Assembly: GCA_963717145.1 (NCBI GenBank)
Contig: OY970325.1
Coordinates: 928,001-992,000 of the forward strand
Direction of reading: 5' to 3'
Length of the DNA stretch: 64,000 nt
Source: an uncultured Armatimonadetes bacterium
Lineage (GTDB): Bacteria > Armatimonadota > UBA5829 > DTJY01
A model generated the notes under the pieces. The model was not told where the DNA came from. It saw nothing but the letters and a program-made list of their open reading frames with translations, and did no database searches. Made by a program: the position numbers and the translations under genes. Below are positions 29,759-39,933 of this stretch, piece by piece. Each line of letters opens with the position of its first letter. Positions within the stretch are counted from its first letter, which is position 1.

Positions 29759-31437
29759 GTCTACTCGATTATCTGAAGGCTGACGGAGCAGAAGTCATCA
29801 GCGAACCGGTCCAGGTTCAGAAGGCCCTCGCGTACATACGCGTATCTCACGAAGATTCCGCCAACCGTGGCACCAGTCTGGAGACCCAGCGCAGAGACAT
29901 AGAACGCTATGCCTCACGTGAGGGAATCCAGATCGTGGAATGGTTCGAGGAGCCAGGCAAGTCGGCGTTCAAGAACGGCGACAAGCGCACCGAGTTTGCA
30001 CGCATGGTGGCACGTGCGAAGGATGAAGTGGCCAGCGTCTCGCTCGTCCTCGTGTGGAAGTCCGATCGATTCAGCCGGGATCGATACCAGGCAGCGGCGG
30101 TCAAGGGAGAACTGGCTAAGGCGGGAGTTCGTGTGCTGTCGGTCCTTGAGCCCTACGATGCCCGTACAACCTCAGGGATCGTACTTGAGTCGGTCACAGA
30201 TGCCATGAACCAGATCCGCTCAATGGAGATCGGGCAGGTCACGCACCGCAACCTGCTCATCAACTGCGAGTTGAGAGACCCGGCGACCGGATGGGCCTAC
30301 AAGAACGGCGGATGGGCGCAGTTTGGATATCGCAATCATCGAGTCTACACTGACACCCACCGGAAGTATCAGACTCTCACTCATTGCATATGGATGCTTG
30401 ACGATGAGGTTGTAGCCGGCAAGCCCGTTCACGAATGGGCACGCATCATGCTCATCGAATGGCGGCTCGGCGAGAGGCTCGGAGCCGATGCCATAGCCCA
30501 ACGGTTAACTTCGGCCGGCGTACCGACCCCGAGCGGACGGTCAGCCTGGTCCGATACGACGGTTGATTCCCTCCTGGTGTTGGAGCGGCTGCTGCAGTAT
30601 TCCGGGTACGGAACTTGGAACAAGAATGAGTATCGGCACGGTGGGAAGCGTCCAAAGGATCGAAGCGAATGGAAGATCATCGAGAAGGCACACCCGGCGA
30701 TAATCACCATGGAAGAGGCTGAGAGAATTCACTCCATTCGCTTGGAGCGACGATCCAGGCCGGGCAAGCGTCCCGCTCATCGCTCTTCACCGTACCTGCT
30801 CTCTGGCGGACTGCTAAGGTGCTTGCATTGCGGCGCAAACTACGCGGGCCGTCAGCGGAATGGCTATGACTATTACGTATGCGGCGCGCAGATCTACCGC
30901 CATGGCGCGGACTGTGCTGGTCCATGGTATATCCGGCGAGAGGTACTGGAGAAGGCGGTCTTCGAATGCATCGAGAAGCTCTTCCTCTCCAATCCTAAGG
31001 AGCTTCGGCATGTTGTGGATAGCCATAACAAGTGGGTTGATGGACAGCTTGCGGAATACAGGACAGCAGAAGAAGAACGCCAGGCCGAGATCAGACGCCT
31101 GGAACAAGAGATCGCAAATTTGATGGATTCGATAGCTGGGGGGATAGATCCTACTGCAGTTAGGGCGTCCATCAACGACCGTACAACGCGACTGGACCGC
31201 ATGAGAAACAAAGTCTGTGGCGATCCACCGCGCAGGATCAGCGCAAGAGAGCTCAAGTCACAGGCGGCTGAGATGCTGCAGATAGCAGAAAGCCGCGATG
31301 TTGACCGGAAACGCACAGCCGTCCGGCAGTTCATCACGGCCCTCGAAGCAGACCCCGAAAGGCACATCGTCAGAGTCTTACTCCACCCTATTGATGCGCT
31401 GACTTATGCATTGAATGGTAGCGCCAGGGGGAGTTGA
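29755..31437 (+). CDS. Large serine recombinase (integrase)
   Basis: AYIRVS catalytic Ser, DRFSRD, recombinase domain (GVPTPSGRSAWS...HPAII), Zn ribbon CLHCG..YYVC..C, coiled coil. Confidence 0.93.
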   Translation: MSLLDYLKADGAEVISEPVQVQKALAYIRVSHEDSANRGTSLETQRRDIERYASREGIQIVEWFEEPGKSAFKNGDKRTEFARMVARAKDEVASVSLVLVWKSDRFSRDRYQAAAVKGELAKAGVRVLSVLEPYDARTTSGIVLESVTDAMNQIRSMEIGQVTHRNLLINCELRDPATGWAYKNGGWAQFGYRNHRVYTDTHRKYQTLTHCIWMLDDEVVAGKPVHEWARIMLIEWRLGERLGADAIAQRLTSAGVPTPSGRSAWSDTTVDSLLVLERLLQYSGYGTWNKNEYRHGGKRPKDRSEWKIIEKAHPAIITMEEAERIHSIRLERRSRPGKRPAHRSSPYLLSGGLLRCLHCGANYAGRQRNGYDYYVCGAQIYRHGADCAGPWYIRREVLEKAVFECIEKLFLSNPKELRHVVDSHNKWVDGQLAEYRTAEEERQAEIRRLEQEIANLMDSIAGGIDPTAVRASINDRTTRLDRMRNKVCGDPPRRISARELKSQAAEMLQIAESRDVDRKRTAVRQFITALEADPERHIVRVLLHPIDALTYALNGSARGS

Positions 31438-31490
31438 ACCCCCGCCGCGGCCTTGAAAGAGCCGTGTCCTAACCGTTAGACCATGGCGCC
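31416..31490 (-). tRNA. tRNA-Glu (TTC)
   Basis: Reverse complement GGCGCCATGGTCTAACGGTTAGGACACGGCTC-TTTCAA-GGCCGCGGCGGGGGTTCAACTCCCCCTGGCGCTACCA; cloverleaf with encoded CCA. Confidence 0.95.
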
Positions 31491-31536
31491 GTATGCAAAA
31501 CAATGCCGCCCGCCATCAGCGCGCGACACACACGTC

Positions 31537-31565
31537 ATTATAACAGCATCCCGCCGAATCCGCAA
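31537..31565 (-). promoter_or_regulatory. tRNA promoter
   Basis: Minus strand TTGCGG-N17-TATAAT with TG extension. Confidence 0.6.
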
Positions 31566-31717
31566 TCCCTGCTTCCACATCGCGCCAATTCATGCGATTC
31601 CTTGATAGTTTACCCGGCAGATTACGGGGATAACCGCCGATAATGCTCTTAGGAGGATGCGGAACTCTTCGTTCGAAGCCGGCGTCATAAAAATGTAAAA
31701 GATATGACAAAAAGTAG

Positions 31718-31746
31718 TTGACGTGTTGAGTTTCATGTGCTAGCAT
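31718..31746 (+). promoter_or_regulatory. Sigma70-type promoter of the GH130 gene
   Basis: TTGACG-N17-TAGCAT with TG extension and an AT-rich upstream tract. Confidence 0.55.
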
Positions 31747-31815
31747 TTCTGTGTCGGGGATTCTGAAAACGATTACAGAGACCGGCACTTATTTTGATCC
31801 GGAGGCTTACTGAGG

Positions 31816-32754
31816 GTGTCAATGGAGTTACAAAGATATCATAGGAACCCTGTGCTCGCCCCCACTGACAACTGGTGGGAGAACAAGGCGGTGTTCAACT
31901 GTGCTGCCGCTCGTCTGAACGGGAATGTGCATATCCTTTACAGGGCGATCGGCGACGACGGGATCTCGAGATTCGGTTATGCCATGAGCGCTAACGGTCT
32001 CGATATCGCGGAGCGTAGTTGTCTGCCCGTCTACGAATCGCTGGGAGACGAACTCGAGAGGCTCGGAGTCGAGGACCCCAGAATCACTGAGATCGAGGGA
32101 ACCTATTACATCACGTACACCGGGGCCTCGGTGTATCCGTGTTCCGCCGCTCAGCCGGGCATGGCCATCACGTGTATCCCATGGCGATGCCGCGTCGGTC
32201 TCCTCTCCACCAAGGATTTCATCAGCTATCGGAAGCACGGCTGCATACTCCCGGACATGGACAACAAGGATGTCGTGCTCTTCCCCGAGAGAATCAACGG
32301 CAAGTACGTCATGCTCCACAGGACTTTCCCCGACATCTGGATAGCGTACTCCGACGATTTGGTCCACTGGACGGACCACAAGATCATCATGAGGGTACAA
32401 CCGGGCGGCTGGGACTGCAACCGGATCGGGGCTGGCGCGCCACCTATCAGGACCGAGCAGGGATGGCTTAACTTCTACCACGGAGTGGATGATGGCCGCA
32501 ACTACAGGCTCGGCGTTCTGATGCTCGACTTGGATGATCCCTCGAAGGTGATCGGCCGCTCTGTGGAACCCATACTGTCACCGGAGAAGAAGTGGGAGCA
32601 GGATGGGCTCGTGCCGAATGTTGTCTTCACATGCGGCGCGGTCGAGATGGACGGTCAGTACATCGTCTACTACGGCGGCGCGGACAAGGTGATCGCCGTG
32701 GCAACCATGGACACGGACGACCTGAGCAAGATCAAGCTGGAGAGAATTCAGTAA
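31816..32754 (+). CDS. GH130 family glycosidase / mannoside phosphorylase
   Basis: NPVL, AVFN, GVEDPRIT, NKDVVLFPE, GAGAPPI, VPNVVF.CG, YYGGAD. Confidence 0.9.
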   Translation: MSMELQRYHRNPVLAPTDNWWENKAVFNCAAARLNGNVHILYRAIGDDGISRFGYAMSANGLDIAERSCLPVYESLGDELERLGVEDPRITEIEGTYYITYTGASVYPCSAAQPGMAITCIPWRCRVGLLSTKDFISYRKHGCILPDMDNKDVVLFPERINGKYVMLHRTFPDIWIAYSDDLVHWTDHKIIMRVQPGGWDCNRIGAGAPPIRTEQGWLNFYHGVDDGRNYRLGVLMLDLDDPSKVIGRSVEPILSPEKKWEQDGLVPNVVFTCGAVEMDGQYIVYYGGADKVIAVATMDTDDLSKIKLERIQ

Positions 32755-32770
32755 GCATCCAGGGATTAGA

Positions 32771-32861
32771 GGGGAGGGCGAGGCTCCGTCCGAGCCACAT
32801 GTTGGAGTAGGAGTTCCACCACTGCCCCAACATGTGGCTCGGACGGAGCCTCGCCCTCCCC
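32771..32861. repeat. REP-like 35-bp perfect inverted repeat between convergent genes
   Basis: GGGGAGGGCGAGGCTCCGTCCGAGCCACATGTTGG, 21-nt loop, exact reverse complement. Confidence 0.85.
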
Positions 32862-32868
32862 ATTTCAG

Positions 32869-33900
32869 CTATTCCCACTCGAAGACTACCTTGCCGGACT
32901 CGCCCGAGTCGAACAGGGCAAATGCCTCCTCTGCGTCCTCAATCCTGAACCTGTGAGTGACCATCGGGTCGAAGTGCAGATCGTGTGCGACCATGAACCT
33001 CGCAAGGTCGCCATACATACCCAGAGGCATCACGAACGACCCCGATACGGTCAACTGCTTTCCCACGATCGAACTGAGCGGGAGTTGTCTTTCGACTTCC
33101 GTCTTGATTCCCGCGACCGTGACCGCCCGTCCGCCGCGCCTGAGACCCTGAATCATCCAGGCGAACGCGTTTCCGCTGCCCGATGTCTCGTAAGCCGTAT
33201 CGGCGCCCAGCCCATCGGTCAGCCGCATGATCTCTTTCGCCGGCTCGGCGACCTGGTCGATGTCGATGATCTCGTCAGCGCCGAGGTCCCGGGCGAGTTG
33301 CAGGCGGATCTCACGGCGACCGATCCCTATCACCCGCGCGCCCATCGCCTTGCCGAACATGACGCCCGTGAGTCCCACCGGACCGAGGCCGAAGACCGCG
33401 AGTGTGTCGCGCCCTGACGGTGTGATCTTGGAAAAGGCGGAGAATGTCGTACCCGCGATGCATGCGATCGCGGCGCCGTCGATGACGGTCAGCTCGTCCG
33501 GGAGCTTCAGGGCATTCCGCTCGTCCATGAGCACGAAATCGGCCTGTCCCCCGTGTGCGCCGCCACCGAGGCCACGAGTCTGCGAGCACCACATGATGTT
33601 GCCCGCCGCGCACTGCTGGCACTTACCGCATCCGAGGTAGTGGTAGACCGTAACGCGGTCGCCGGGCGCCACGGTGGTGACACCTTCGCCGATGGACTCC
33701 ACAATCCCTGCCGGCTCGTGCCCCTGGATGACCTCGCCGCGCTTCTCGGCCTTTGCCGCCGGCGCGTGGTACGCCACCAGGTCGCTGCCGCATATCCCGG
33801 CGGCCTTCATGCGGACGACCACCTGCCCCGGACCGGGTGTCGGATCGGGGAACTCCTTGACTAAGACCTTCCGGTCGCCGGCGCAAACTACGCCTCGCAT
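32869..33900 (-). CDS. Zinc-binding (medium-chain) alcohol dehydrogenase
   Basis: GICGSD, GHEPAG, CGKCQQC...C, GLGPVG. Confidence 0.92.
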   Translation of the reverse strand: MRGVVCAGDRKVLVKEFPDPTPGPGQVVVRMKAAGICGSDLVAYHAPAAKAEKRGEVIQGHEPAGIVESIGEGVTTVAPGDRVTVYHYLGCGKCQQCAAGNIMWCSQTRGLGGGAHGGQADFVLMDERNALKLPDELTVIDGAAIACIAGTTFSAFSKITPSGRDTLAVFGLGPVGLTGVMFGKAMGARVIGIGRREIRLQLARDLGADEIIDIDQVAEPAKEIMRLTDGLGADTAYETSGSGNAFAWMIQGLRRGGRAVTVAGIKTEVERQLPLSSIVGKQLTVSGSFVMPLGMYGDLARFMVAHDLHFDPMVTHRFRIEDAEEAFALFDSGESGKVVFEWE

Positions 33901-33901
33901 G

Positions 33902-35077
33902 TTATGCTTCCAATCCTTTCGCGAACTCCTTGCCGAACGCTCGGCATTTCGCCAAGTCATCCTCAGTCGGCACGAAGCAGAACTTGAGGCCGGACTCGAT
34001 GACCTTGAGCCGAAGACTCCTCATGCGTTCCTCGATCATCCCGATCGCCTCGCCGCTCCATCCGAATGAGCCGAACGACGCCCCGATCTTGCCCTTCTTG
34101 TTCACCAGGGCGAACAGGCCGAGCAGCGTCCAGATCGGCGCGAGTGCATCGCCATTGATGGTACACGATCCCGCGATGATGCCCTTGGACGCCTCGATGG
34201 CGTCTCGAACCTCACTCGGATCGGCCGATTCGGCGTCGAACAACGAGACCGACGCATACTCGGAAGCGCCCTGAGCGATCGCCTCGGCCAGTCGACGTGT
34301 ATTCCCGTAAGCGGACGCGTAGAGAACGGTTATCATCTGCCTGGGAGTCCGCTGGGCATCCGACCACTGCTCATATAGGCCGATTACACGCGAGACATCG
34401 CGGCGGATGATCGGTCCGTGGCTCGGGCAGATCATCTCGAGATCGAGCTGACGGACCCTCCGGACGCCCTCGTGGATCTTGTCGGCGAAGGGCCGCATGA
34501 TCGAGTCGTAGTAGTTCTGTCTCTCGCGCTCGTAGATATCGGCATTCACGAGGTCGTCATACATCCGCTCGTCGCAGAAGTGCGCGCCGAAGCCATCGCA
34601 GGTGAAGAGCATCTTCTCCTGCGGAATGTACGTGAACATGGTATCGGGCCAGTGCCAGAACGGCACGGTCATGAACCGCAGGGTGCGCTTCCCGAGGCTG
34701 ATCTCCTCGCCGTCCTCGACCGTGCGCGAGTTGAAGTCGCGGTTGAGCATCTCCCGCAGCCACTTCGCCCCGATCTTCGTGGAAATAGCTTGAGCGTTCG
34801 GGCAGGCATCGAGGAGCGCCCCGATGGCGCCTGTGTGATCCGGCTCGGTGTGATGAACGATGATGTAATCCACCTTCGCTGGGTCAACAGCCGCTTCCAC
34901 CTTGCCCAGGAACAGATCGGTCAGCTTCACGGAAGACGCATCGAGGATGGCGACCTTCTCGTCGCAGATCAGGTAGGCGTTGTAGGTCGTCCCGTAGTCC
35001 GTGTTCATGATCACGTCGAACGTGCGGAGCACGGGATTGAGCGTTCCGATCCAGTAGATGTCGTCTCTAATCTTCAA
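33902..35077 (-). CDS. fprA: Flavodiiron protein (FprA, A-type flavoprotein)
   Basis: [23 protein letters not shown], flavodoxin SAYGNT and GSFGWSGE. Confidence 0.93.
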   Translation of the reverse strand: MKIRDDIYWIGTLNPVLRTFDVIMNTDYGTTYNAYLICDEKVAILDASSVKLTDLFLGKVEAAVDPAKVDYIIVHHTEPDHTGAIGALLDACPNAQAISTKIGAKWLREMLNRDFNSRTVEDGEEISLGKRTLRFMTVPFWHWPDTMFTYIPQEKMLFTCDGFGAHFCDERMYDDLVNADIYERERQNYYDSIMRPFADKIHEGVRRVRQLDLEMICPSHGPIIRRDVSRVIGLYEQWSDAQRTPRQMITVLYASAYGNTRRLAEAIAQGASEYASVSLFDAESADPSEVRDAIEASKGIIAGSCTINGDALAPIWTLLGLFALVNKKGKIGASFGSFGWSGEAIGMIEERMRSLRLKVIESGLKFCFVPTEDDLAKCRAFGKEFAKGLEA

Positions 35078-35231
35078 GTTCCGAGAACATATCCTTCCCT
35101 ACGCCGCATTCCGGGCAGACCCAGTCCTCGGGAACATCCTCCCATGCGGTTCCAGCCGGTACCCCGTTGCCTGGGTCACCGACTTTCGGATCGTAGATCC
35201 ACAGGCAGACGTCACACATGTATCGCTTCAT
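35067..35231 (-). CDS. Rubredoxin
   Basis: [12 protein letters not shown]...[19 protein letters not shown]. Confidence 0.95.
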   Translation of the reverse strand: MKRYMCDVCLWIYDPKVGDPGNGVPAGTAWEDVPEDWVCPECGVGKDMFSELED

Positions 35232-35407
35232 AGTCAACCCTCCCGGCCATGATAATACCCGGATCACGGCCTAATCATTATCTCCGACAGTCCCGAGATC
35301 AGTCTAATCAGCGATGGCGCATCGTGTCAAGTTGTTCTCTGAGGCGCGAATATGCTAGGATTGGGCTGCATACCCGATATGACGGTATTCTGGGGGTAAC
35401 AGGCCAT

Positions 35408-36139
35408 ATGAGCTTGCAGGGAAAAGTCGCTGTTGTCACGGGAGCAGGTAGAGGGATCGGGAGGTCGGTGGCGATACGATTCGCGGAGTCTGGCGCGAAG
35501 GTCGTGTTGGCGGCGAGAAGCGAGGACCAGATCCACGAGGTTGCGAGCGAGATCGAGGGATCGGGGGGAATCGCCGTGGCCATTCCGACCGACGTGGCCT
35601 CCGAGTCCGACGTGCGAAACATGATCGAGGCCGCCGAGTCGGGATTCGGTCCGGTCGACATCCTCGTGAACAACGCCGGTATGATGATTCTGCGCCCACT
35701 CGTCGAGACCTCCGTGGAGGAATGGGACCGAGTGATGAACACCAATCTGCTCGGGACGTTCCTCTGCTCTCGAGCGGTGCTGCGGTCGATGATGCATCGG
35801 AAGACGGGACGGATCATCAACATCGGCTCGATGGCTGGCCGGAGAGGTTATGCCGAACAGGGCGTGTACTGCGCGTCGAAGCACGGGCTCTACGGCCTCA
35901 GCAAGGTGCTCGCGATCGAAGCCCAACCCTACGGCATCCGGGTGAACGTCGTCTCTCCCGGCGGAGCGCACACGGACCTTTCGCGTGACCTGCTCTCAAC
36001 CAGAAGCCCTGCTGAAGCGTCTGAATGGATGACCCCCGAGGAGGTCGCCGATGCGGTGTGCTACATCGCCGGCCAGGACGGTCCGGGGCATACGGACGAC
36101 CTGACCTTGAGGAGATTCGCCAGTGAACCCTGGCGCTGA
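35408..36139 (+). CDS. SDR family oxidoreductase
   Basis: TGAGRGIG, NNAG, YCASK. Confidence 0.92.
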   Translation: MSLQGKVAVVTGAGRGIGRSVAIRFAESGAKVVLAARSEDQIHEVASEIEGSGGIAVAIPTDVASESDVRNMIEAAESGFGPVDILVNNAGMMILRPLVETSVEEWDRVMNTNLLGTFLCSRAVLRSMMHRKTGRIINIGSMAGRRGYAEQGVYCASKHGLYGLSKVLAIEAQPYGIRVNVVSPGGAHTDLSRDLLSTRSPAEASEWMTPEEVADAVCYIAGQDGPGHTDDLTLRRFASEPWR

Positions 36140-36217
36140 CCGCTGTGTTTCGATCCCCGCGCTCGCGGGCGATAAACGTAAGGAAGTACCCATATCCCCA
36201 CCTGGGAGGTGCTGAGT

Positions 36218-37366
36218 ATGAGAACCGATTTCCGGTATACCTGTCTCCTGTCCATCGTGCTCCTGCTCGCCATGTCCTGTGCGTCACTGGCGACCGAGTT
36301 CAAGAGCGGCGAGAGCGTGTCCGTCAAGGAGGGCATGAAGATAGATGACGAATTGTATGCGTTCGCCCAGAGCGTCGTCATGAGCGGGATCGTTACCAGC
36401 GATCTGACTGTTGCTGGAAACGACGTCCGTCTCGCCGAGCAGGGGTCGATCGGCGGAAGCGCAAACCTGGCAGGGACGATCGTTAGCGTCGCCGGGAAGA
36501 TCGCAGACAACCTGCGGGCAGCCGGAAGCCAGGTCACCGTATCAGGGCCGGTCGGAGGAAACGCTACGCTCGCCGGTGCGCAGGTCACACTCGCAGGATC
36601 GGGCAAGGTGACCCGCGACCTGTTCATGGCAGGGAGTATGATCGATGTCGAGGGCTCCGTGGGCCGCAATCTGCAAGTATCCGCTGAGCAGGCGACGGTC
36701 AACGCAGTCGTCGGCGGCAATGTGAGCGTTCAGGCCCGGGAGGTAAGCGTCGGGCCTCAGGCTGTCATCAAGGGAAACCTCGTCTACACGAGTCCGACGC
36801 TCGCCAAGATAGACCCCGGCGCGAAGATAACCGGCAAGACGATCTATCACAAGGGAGAAGCGCAGGACAACGGATTCGCCGGCTTGATGTGGGTGTTCCG
36901 GGCGATCGGTTTCGTCGCGCTCTTCCTGGTCGGCCTGGTGCCGCTGACGGCAGTCCCGAAGGCCGTCGTCGATGTATCGCAGACTGTTCTCCGAAGTCCG
37001 TGGATGTCGATGCTGATAGGCTTCATACTGCTGGTGGTCGTGCCGGCCGCGATAGGAATCCTGGTGGTCACGCTCGTGGGGATACCACTCGCCGTCATCC
37101 TGACGGTTTTCTATCTTCTCCTGATGTACATTAGCCGCATACCGGTCGCAGTGGCGATCGGCCGCTGGGTTTTCGCCAAGGGTGGTAAGCCGGAAGTCTC
37201 CAGGTACCTTGCGTTCTTCGTCGGACTGCTGATCCTCTGGATAGTAACTGCGATTCCCTTCATAGGGCCCTTCCTCAGCTTCCTGGCCCTCCTTCTCGGC
37301 ATGGGCGCGCTGATATGGGATCGGTACGGTTTCATTAAGCAGTTGCGCGCGGACGGCAAGGTCTGA
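36218..37366 (+). CDS. Bactofilin-like beta-solenoid repeat membrane protein
   Basis: Signal peptide, repeated V.G.V.GN/D units, C-terminal multi-TM bundle. Confidence 0.8.
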   Translation: MRTDFRYTCLLSIVLLLAMSCASLATEFKSGESVSVKEGMKIDDELYAFAQSVVMSGIVTSDLTVAGNDVRLAEQGSIGGSANLAGTIVSVAGKIADNLRAAGSQVTVSGPVGGNATLAGAQVTLAGSGKVTRDLFMAGSMIDVEGSVGRNLQVSAEQATVNAVVGGNVSVQAREVSVGPQAVIKGNLVYTSPTLAKIDPGAKITGKTIYHKGEAQDNGFAGLMWVFRAIGFVALFLVGLVPLTAVPKAVVDVSQTVLRSPWMSMLIGFILLVVVPAAIGILVVTLVGIPLAVILTVFYLLLMYISRIPVAVAIGRWVFAKGGKPEVSRYLAFFVGLLILWIVTAIPFIGPFLSFLALLLGMGALIWDRYGFIKQLRADGKV

Positions 37367-37403
37367 GGACGGGGAGTTTCACGATTGGTGACAGTGATGC
37401 CGC

Positions 37404-37481
37404 GCGGCTGTCATTCTGAACGAAGTGAAGAATCTGTCTGCGCACGGCCAGATTCTTGACTTCGTTCAGAATGACAGCCGC
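37404..37481. repeat. REP-like 33-bp inverted repeat (GTCATTCTGAACGAAGTGAAGAATCT family)
   Basis: Arms 37404-37436 and 37449-37481, one mismatch. Confidence 0.85.
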
Positions 37482-37612
37482 CGGGCTTGATTGCCAAACG
37501 CTCGGCATGGTGGTAGAATAACGACTGCCAAGACAGGCATGGATTGAAGGCTGCGGGCACGGAGCGATCCCCCGCAGCCTCGCGCATAACAGAGTGGGGG
37601 ATTGAGGTAGCG

Positions 37613-38662
37613 ATGGACTTTCACGGAGCATGGACGGCGCTCATAACGCCGATGACATCGGACGCCGGAGTCGATTGGGAGGGCCTGGAGAAGAACCTCC
37701 AGTTCCAAATAGAGCAGGGCATCACCGGACTCGTTCCCACCGGCACGACCGGTGAGTCGCCAACTCTCTCATGGGACGAGCACAACAGCATCATCGAGCG
37801 CACGCTCAGTCACGCCCAGGGGAAGTGCCAGGTGATTGCCGGCACAGGAAGCAACTCGACCCAGGAAGCCGTCGAGAGTACCGAGCATGCGGTCGAGCAT
37901 GGTGCGAAGGCCGCGCTTCTGGTCGATTGTTACTACAACGGGCCATCCTCGCTCGAGCTGCGGACCGAATACTACGGCGTCCTGGCTGAGGTGTTTCCCG
38001 ACGTCTCATTTGTGCCGTATGTCATCCCGGGGCGTTCCGGCACGGAGCTTCTGGTCGAGGACCTCGCGATCCTTGCCGACCAGTTCCCGAATATCCATGC
38101 CGTAAAGGAAGCGACCGGCAACCTCGATCGAATGGCGCGCACTCGTCAACTGCTCGGCCCGGATTTCAACATCATTTCGGGCGACGATGACATCACCTAT
38201 AGCATTATGACGGCCCCTGAGATCATGGCAGCCGGGGTGATCTCCGTGGTATCCAATGTCGCGCCCGCCACGGTCGAGAAGATGTGCAGGAGCATACTCC
38301 ACGGTGACATGGCGGCCGCCCAAGCTGCAAGAGATGCCCTCTCGCCTCTATTCGGCATCGTCACAGTCAAGGCCGCGAATGAGCGCCAGATGCCCGACGG
38401 CTCGAGCGTCCGTGTTCAGGACAGGTTCAGGAATCCCTTGGCGATCAAGGTGCTGATGAGCGCGCTGGATATGCCGTCTGGCCTCGGTCGCCAACCGCTC
38501 GGCAGGATGACGGACGCGGGCGTCAGTATTGTCCGGAAAGCCGCCACCGAGGTGTGGGAGAAGAACCCTGAGGTACTTTCACCGATCGGCGACTTCTATG
38601 GCATCGACGTCGAGGCCCGCATCAAGTCGGACGAGATCTGGGCACGAATCGCCTCCCCGTAG
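37613..38662 (+). CDS. dapA: 4-hydroxy-tetrahydrodipicolinate synthase
   Basis: GTTGES, GTGSNST, YYN, VKEATG, SGDD; promoter TTGCCA-N17-TAGAAT at 37491-37519. Confidence 0.9.
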   Translation: MDFHGAWTALITPMTSDAGVDWEGLEKNLQFQIEQGITGLVPTGTTGESPTLSWDEHNSIIERTLSHAQGKCQVIAGTGSNSTQEAVESTEHAVEHGAKAALLVDCYYNGPSSLELRTEYYGVLAEVFPDVSFVPYVIPGRSGTELLVEDLAILADQFPNIHAVKEATGNLDRMARTRQLLGPDFNIISGDDDITYSIMTAPEIMAAGVISVVSNVAPATVEKMCRSILHGDMAAAQAARDALSPLFGIVTVKAANERQMPDGSSVRVQDRFRNPLAIKVLMSALDMPSGLGRQPLGRMTDAGVSIVRKAATEVWEKNPEVLSPIGDFYGIDVEARIKSDEIWARIASP

Positions 38663-38671
38663 TGTCATTCT

Positions 38672-38752
38672 CAGCGGTTGTAGGGGCGTGCCTTGTGCCG
38701 CCCGCAACCAGGGGCTCGCCAGGCGGCACACGGCACGCGCCTACAGCCGCTG
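38672..38752. repeat. GTAG-type REP pair (imperfect inverted repeat)
   Basis: GTAGGGGCGTGCCTTGTGCCGCC ... GGCGGCACACGGCACGCGCCTAC. Confidence 0.7.
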
Positions 38753-38769
38753 TCTGGTAGGTTACTCAA

Positions 38770-39847
38770 GTGGAATTCCAATACAAGGAAGACTGGCCTC
38801 AGGCCAGAGAGCGCATAGAGGCGTGGTGGCAGGGCGAGATCATCGACCGTGTCGCCATCCGCGTCACTGCTCCCAAGGGACAGCGCAGACACGTGCAGCC
38901 GCCCTCTGACCCCATGGGGCGGTGGACCGACGTCGACTTCATCGTCGACAACTGGGCCGCGCATTTCGAAGCTACGTACTTCGGTGGCGAGAGCATTCCA
39001 TGCGCCGTCGTCAACCTTGGCCCGTCGGTGATCGGCGCGTATCTGGGCTGCCCGCTCCATCACGACGAGCGCACCGCCTGGCAGGACCGCATCATCGATG
39101 AGCCGTCGGACTGGGCGGATGTCCGCTTCGACCCCGAAAACAAGTGGTGGCGGCTGACGAAGCAGATCACCGAGGCGCTCGTCGAGGCGGGGCAGGGGAA
39201 GTACTTCGTTTCCATCACCGATCTTGGCGACGCGACCGACGTGATGTCGTACATGCGTGACCCCGAGAACGTGTGTATGGACCTCATCGATCTTCCGGAG
39301 ACGATCTATGCTGCCCGCGACCGAATCACTGATCTGTGGTTCGAAGTTTTATGATGAGCTGTACTCGATCGTTCAAACACGCATGACCGGATCGACATCC
39401 TGGCTGCAGATCTGGTCGCCGGCGAAGACCTACACGCTCCAGAGCGACTTCTCCTGCATGATCTCCGCGGCGATGTATAGGGACTACGTGCTCCCCGAGG
39501 TGCAAAGGATGGCGAAGTGGCTCGATCACTCGATGTACCATCTGGACGGCCCGGGCGCGATCCAACACCTCGACATGCTCTTGGATGTTCCCGAGTTGCA
39601 CGGCATCCAGTGGGTGCCCGGCGCGGGCGCGCCGCCCTGCAACGAGTGGCCGGACTTGTTAAGGAAAGTACAGGCTGCCGGCAAACTCCTAAACATAAAT
39701 ATACACCGCAACGACATCGAAGGCCTGCTCGAGACCATCTCCCCCAGGGGCGTGATTATCGACACCGGCTGTTCCTCGCAGGAGGAGGCCGAAGATCTCC
39801 TCAAGAAGGCCGAGACATGGACCGCGCGCGCGATGCGTGGCCGCTAG
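38770..39847 (+). CDS. URO-D/cobalamin-methyltransferase-like TIM-barrel protein, frameshifted near 39350
   Basis: Two ORFs join if one T is removed from GAAGTTTTATGAT; LQSDFSCMIS, YHLDG, IQWVPG. Paralog of 53412-54471. Confidence 0.75.
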
Positions 39848-39933
39848 AAGCCCTGCCCATTGGCAACGGGCGCGCCAAATGTGCTACAGTATCGGGACGC
39901 CCGTAGACGGCATTCATGGGAGGCCCGATTTCG

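Larger units (their letters stand above)
1..31490. mobile_element. Integrative element / genomic island inserted at tRNA-Glu (left boundary outside the window)
   Basis: Serine integrase plus excisionase-like gene abut and overlap the tRNA 3' end. Primase-helicase, iterons, tyrosine recombinase and DUF932 lie inside. Housekeeping genes resume immediately after the tRNA. Confidence 0.85.

Noticed and set aside
1-31415. Second att copy (tRNA-Glu 3' duplicate) inside the window
   Set aside because: Not seen by eye; the left junction is probably upstream of position 1.
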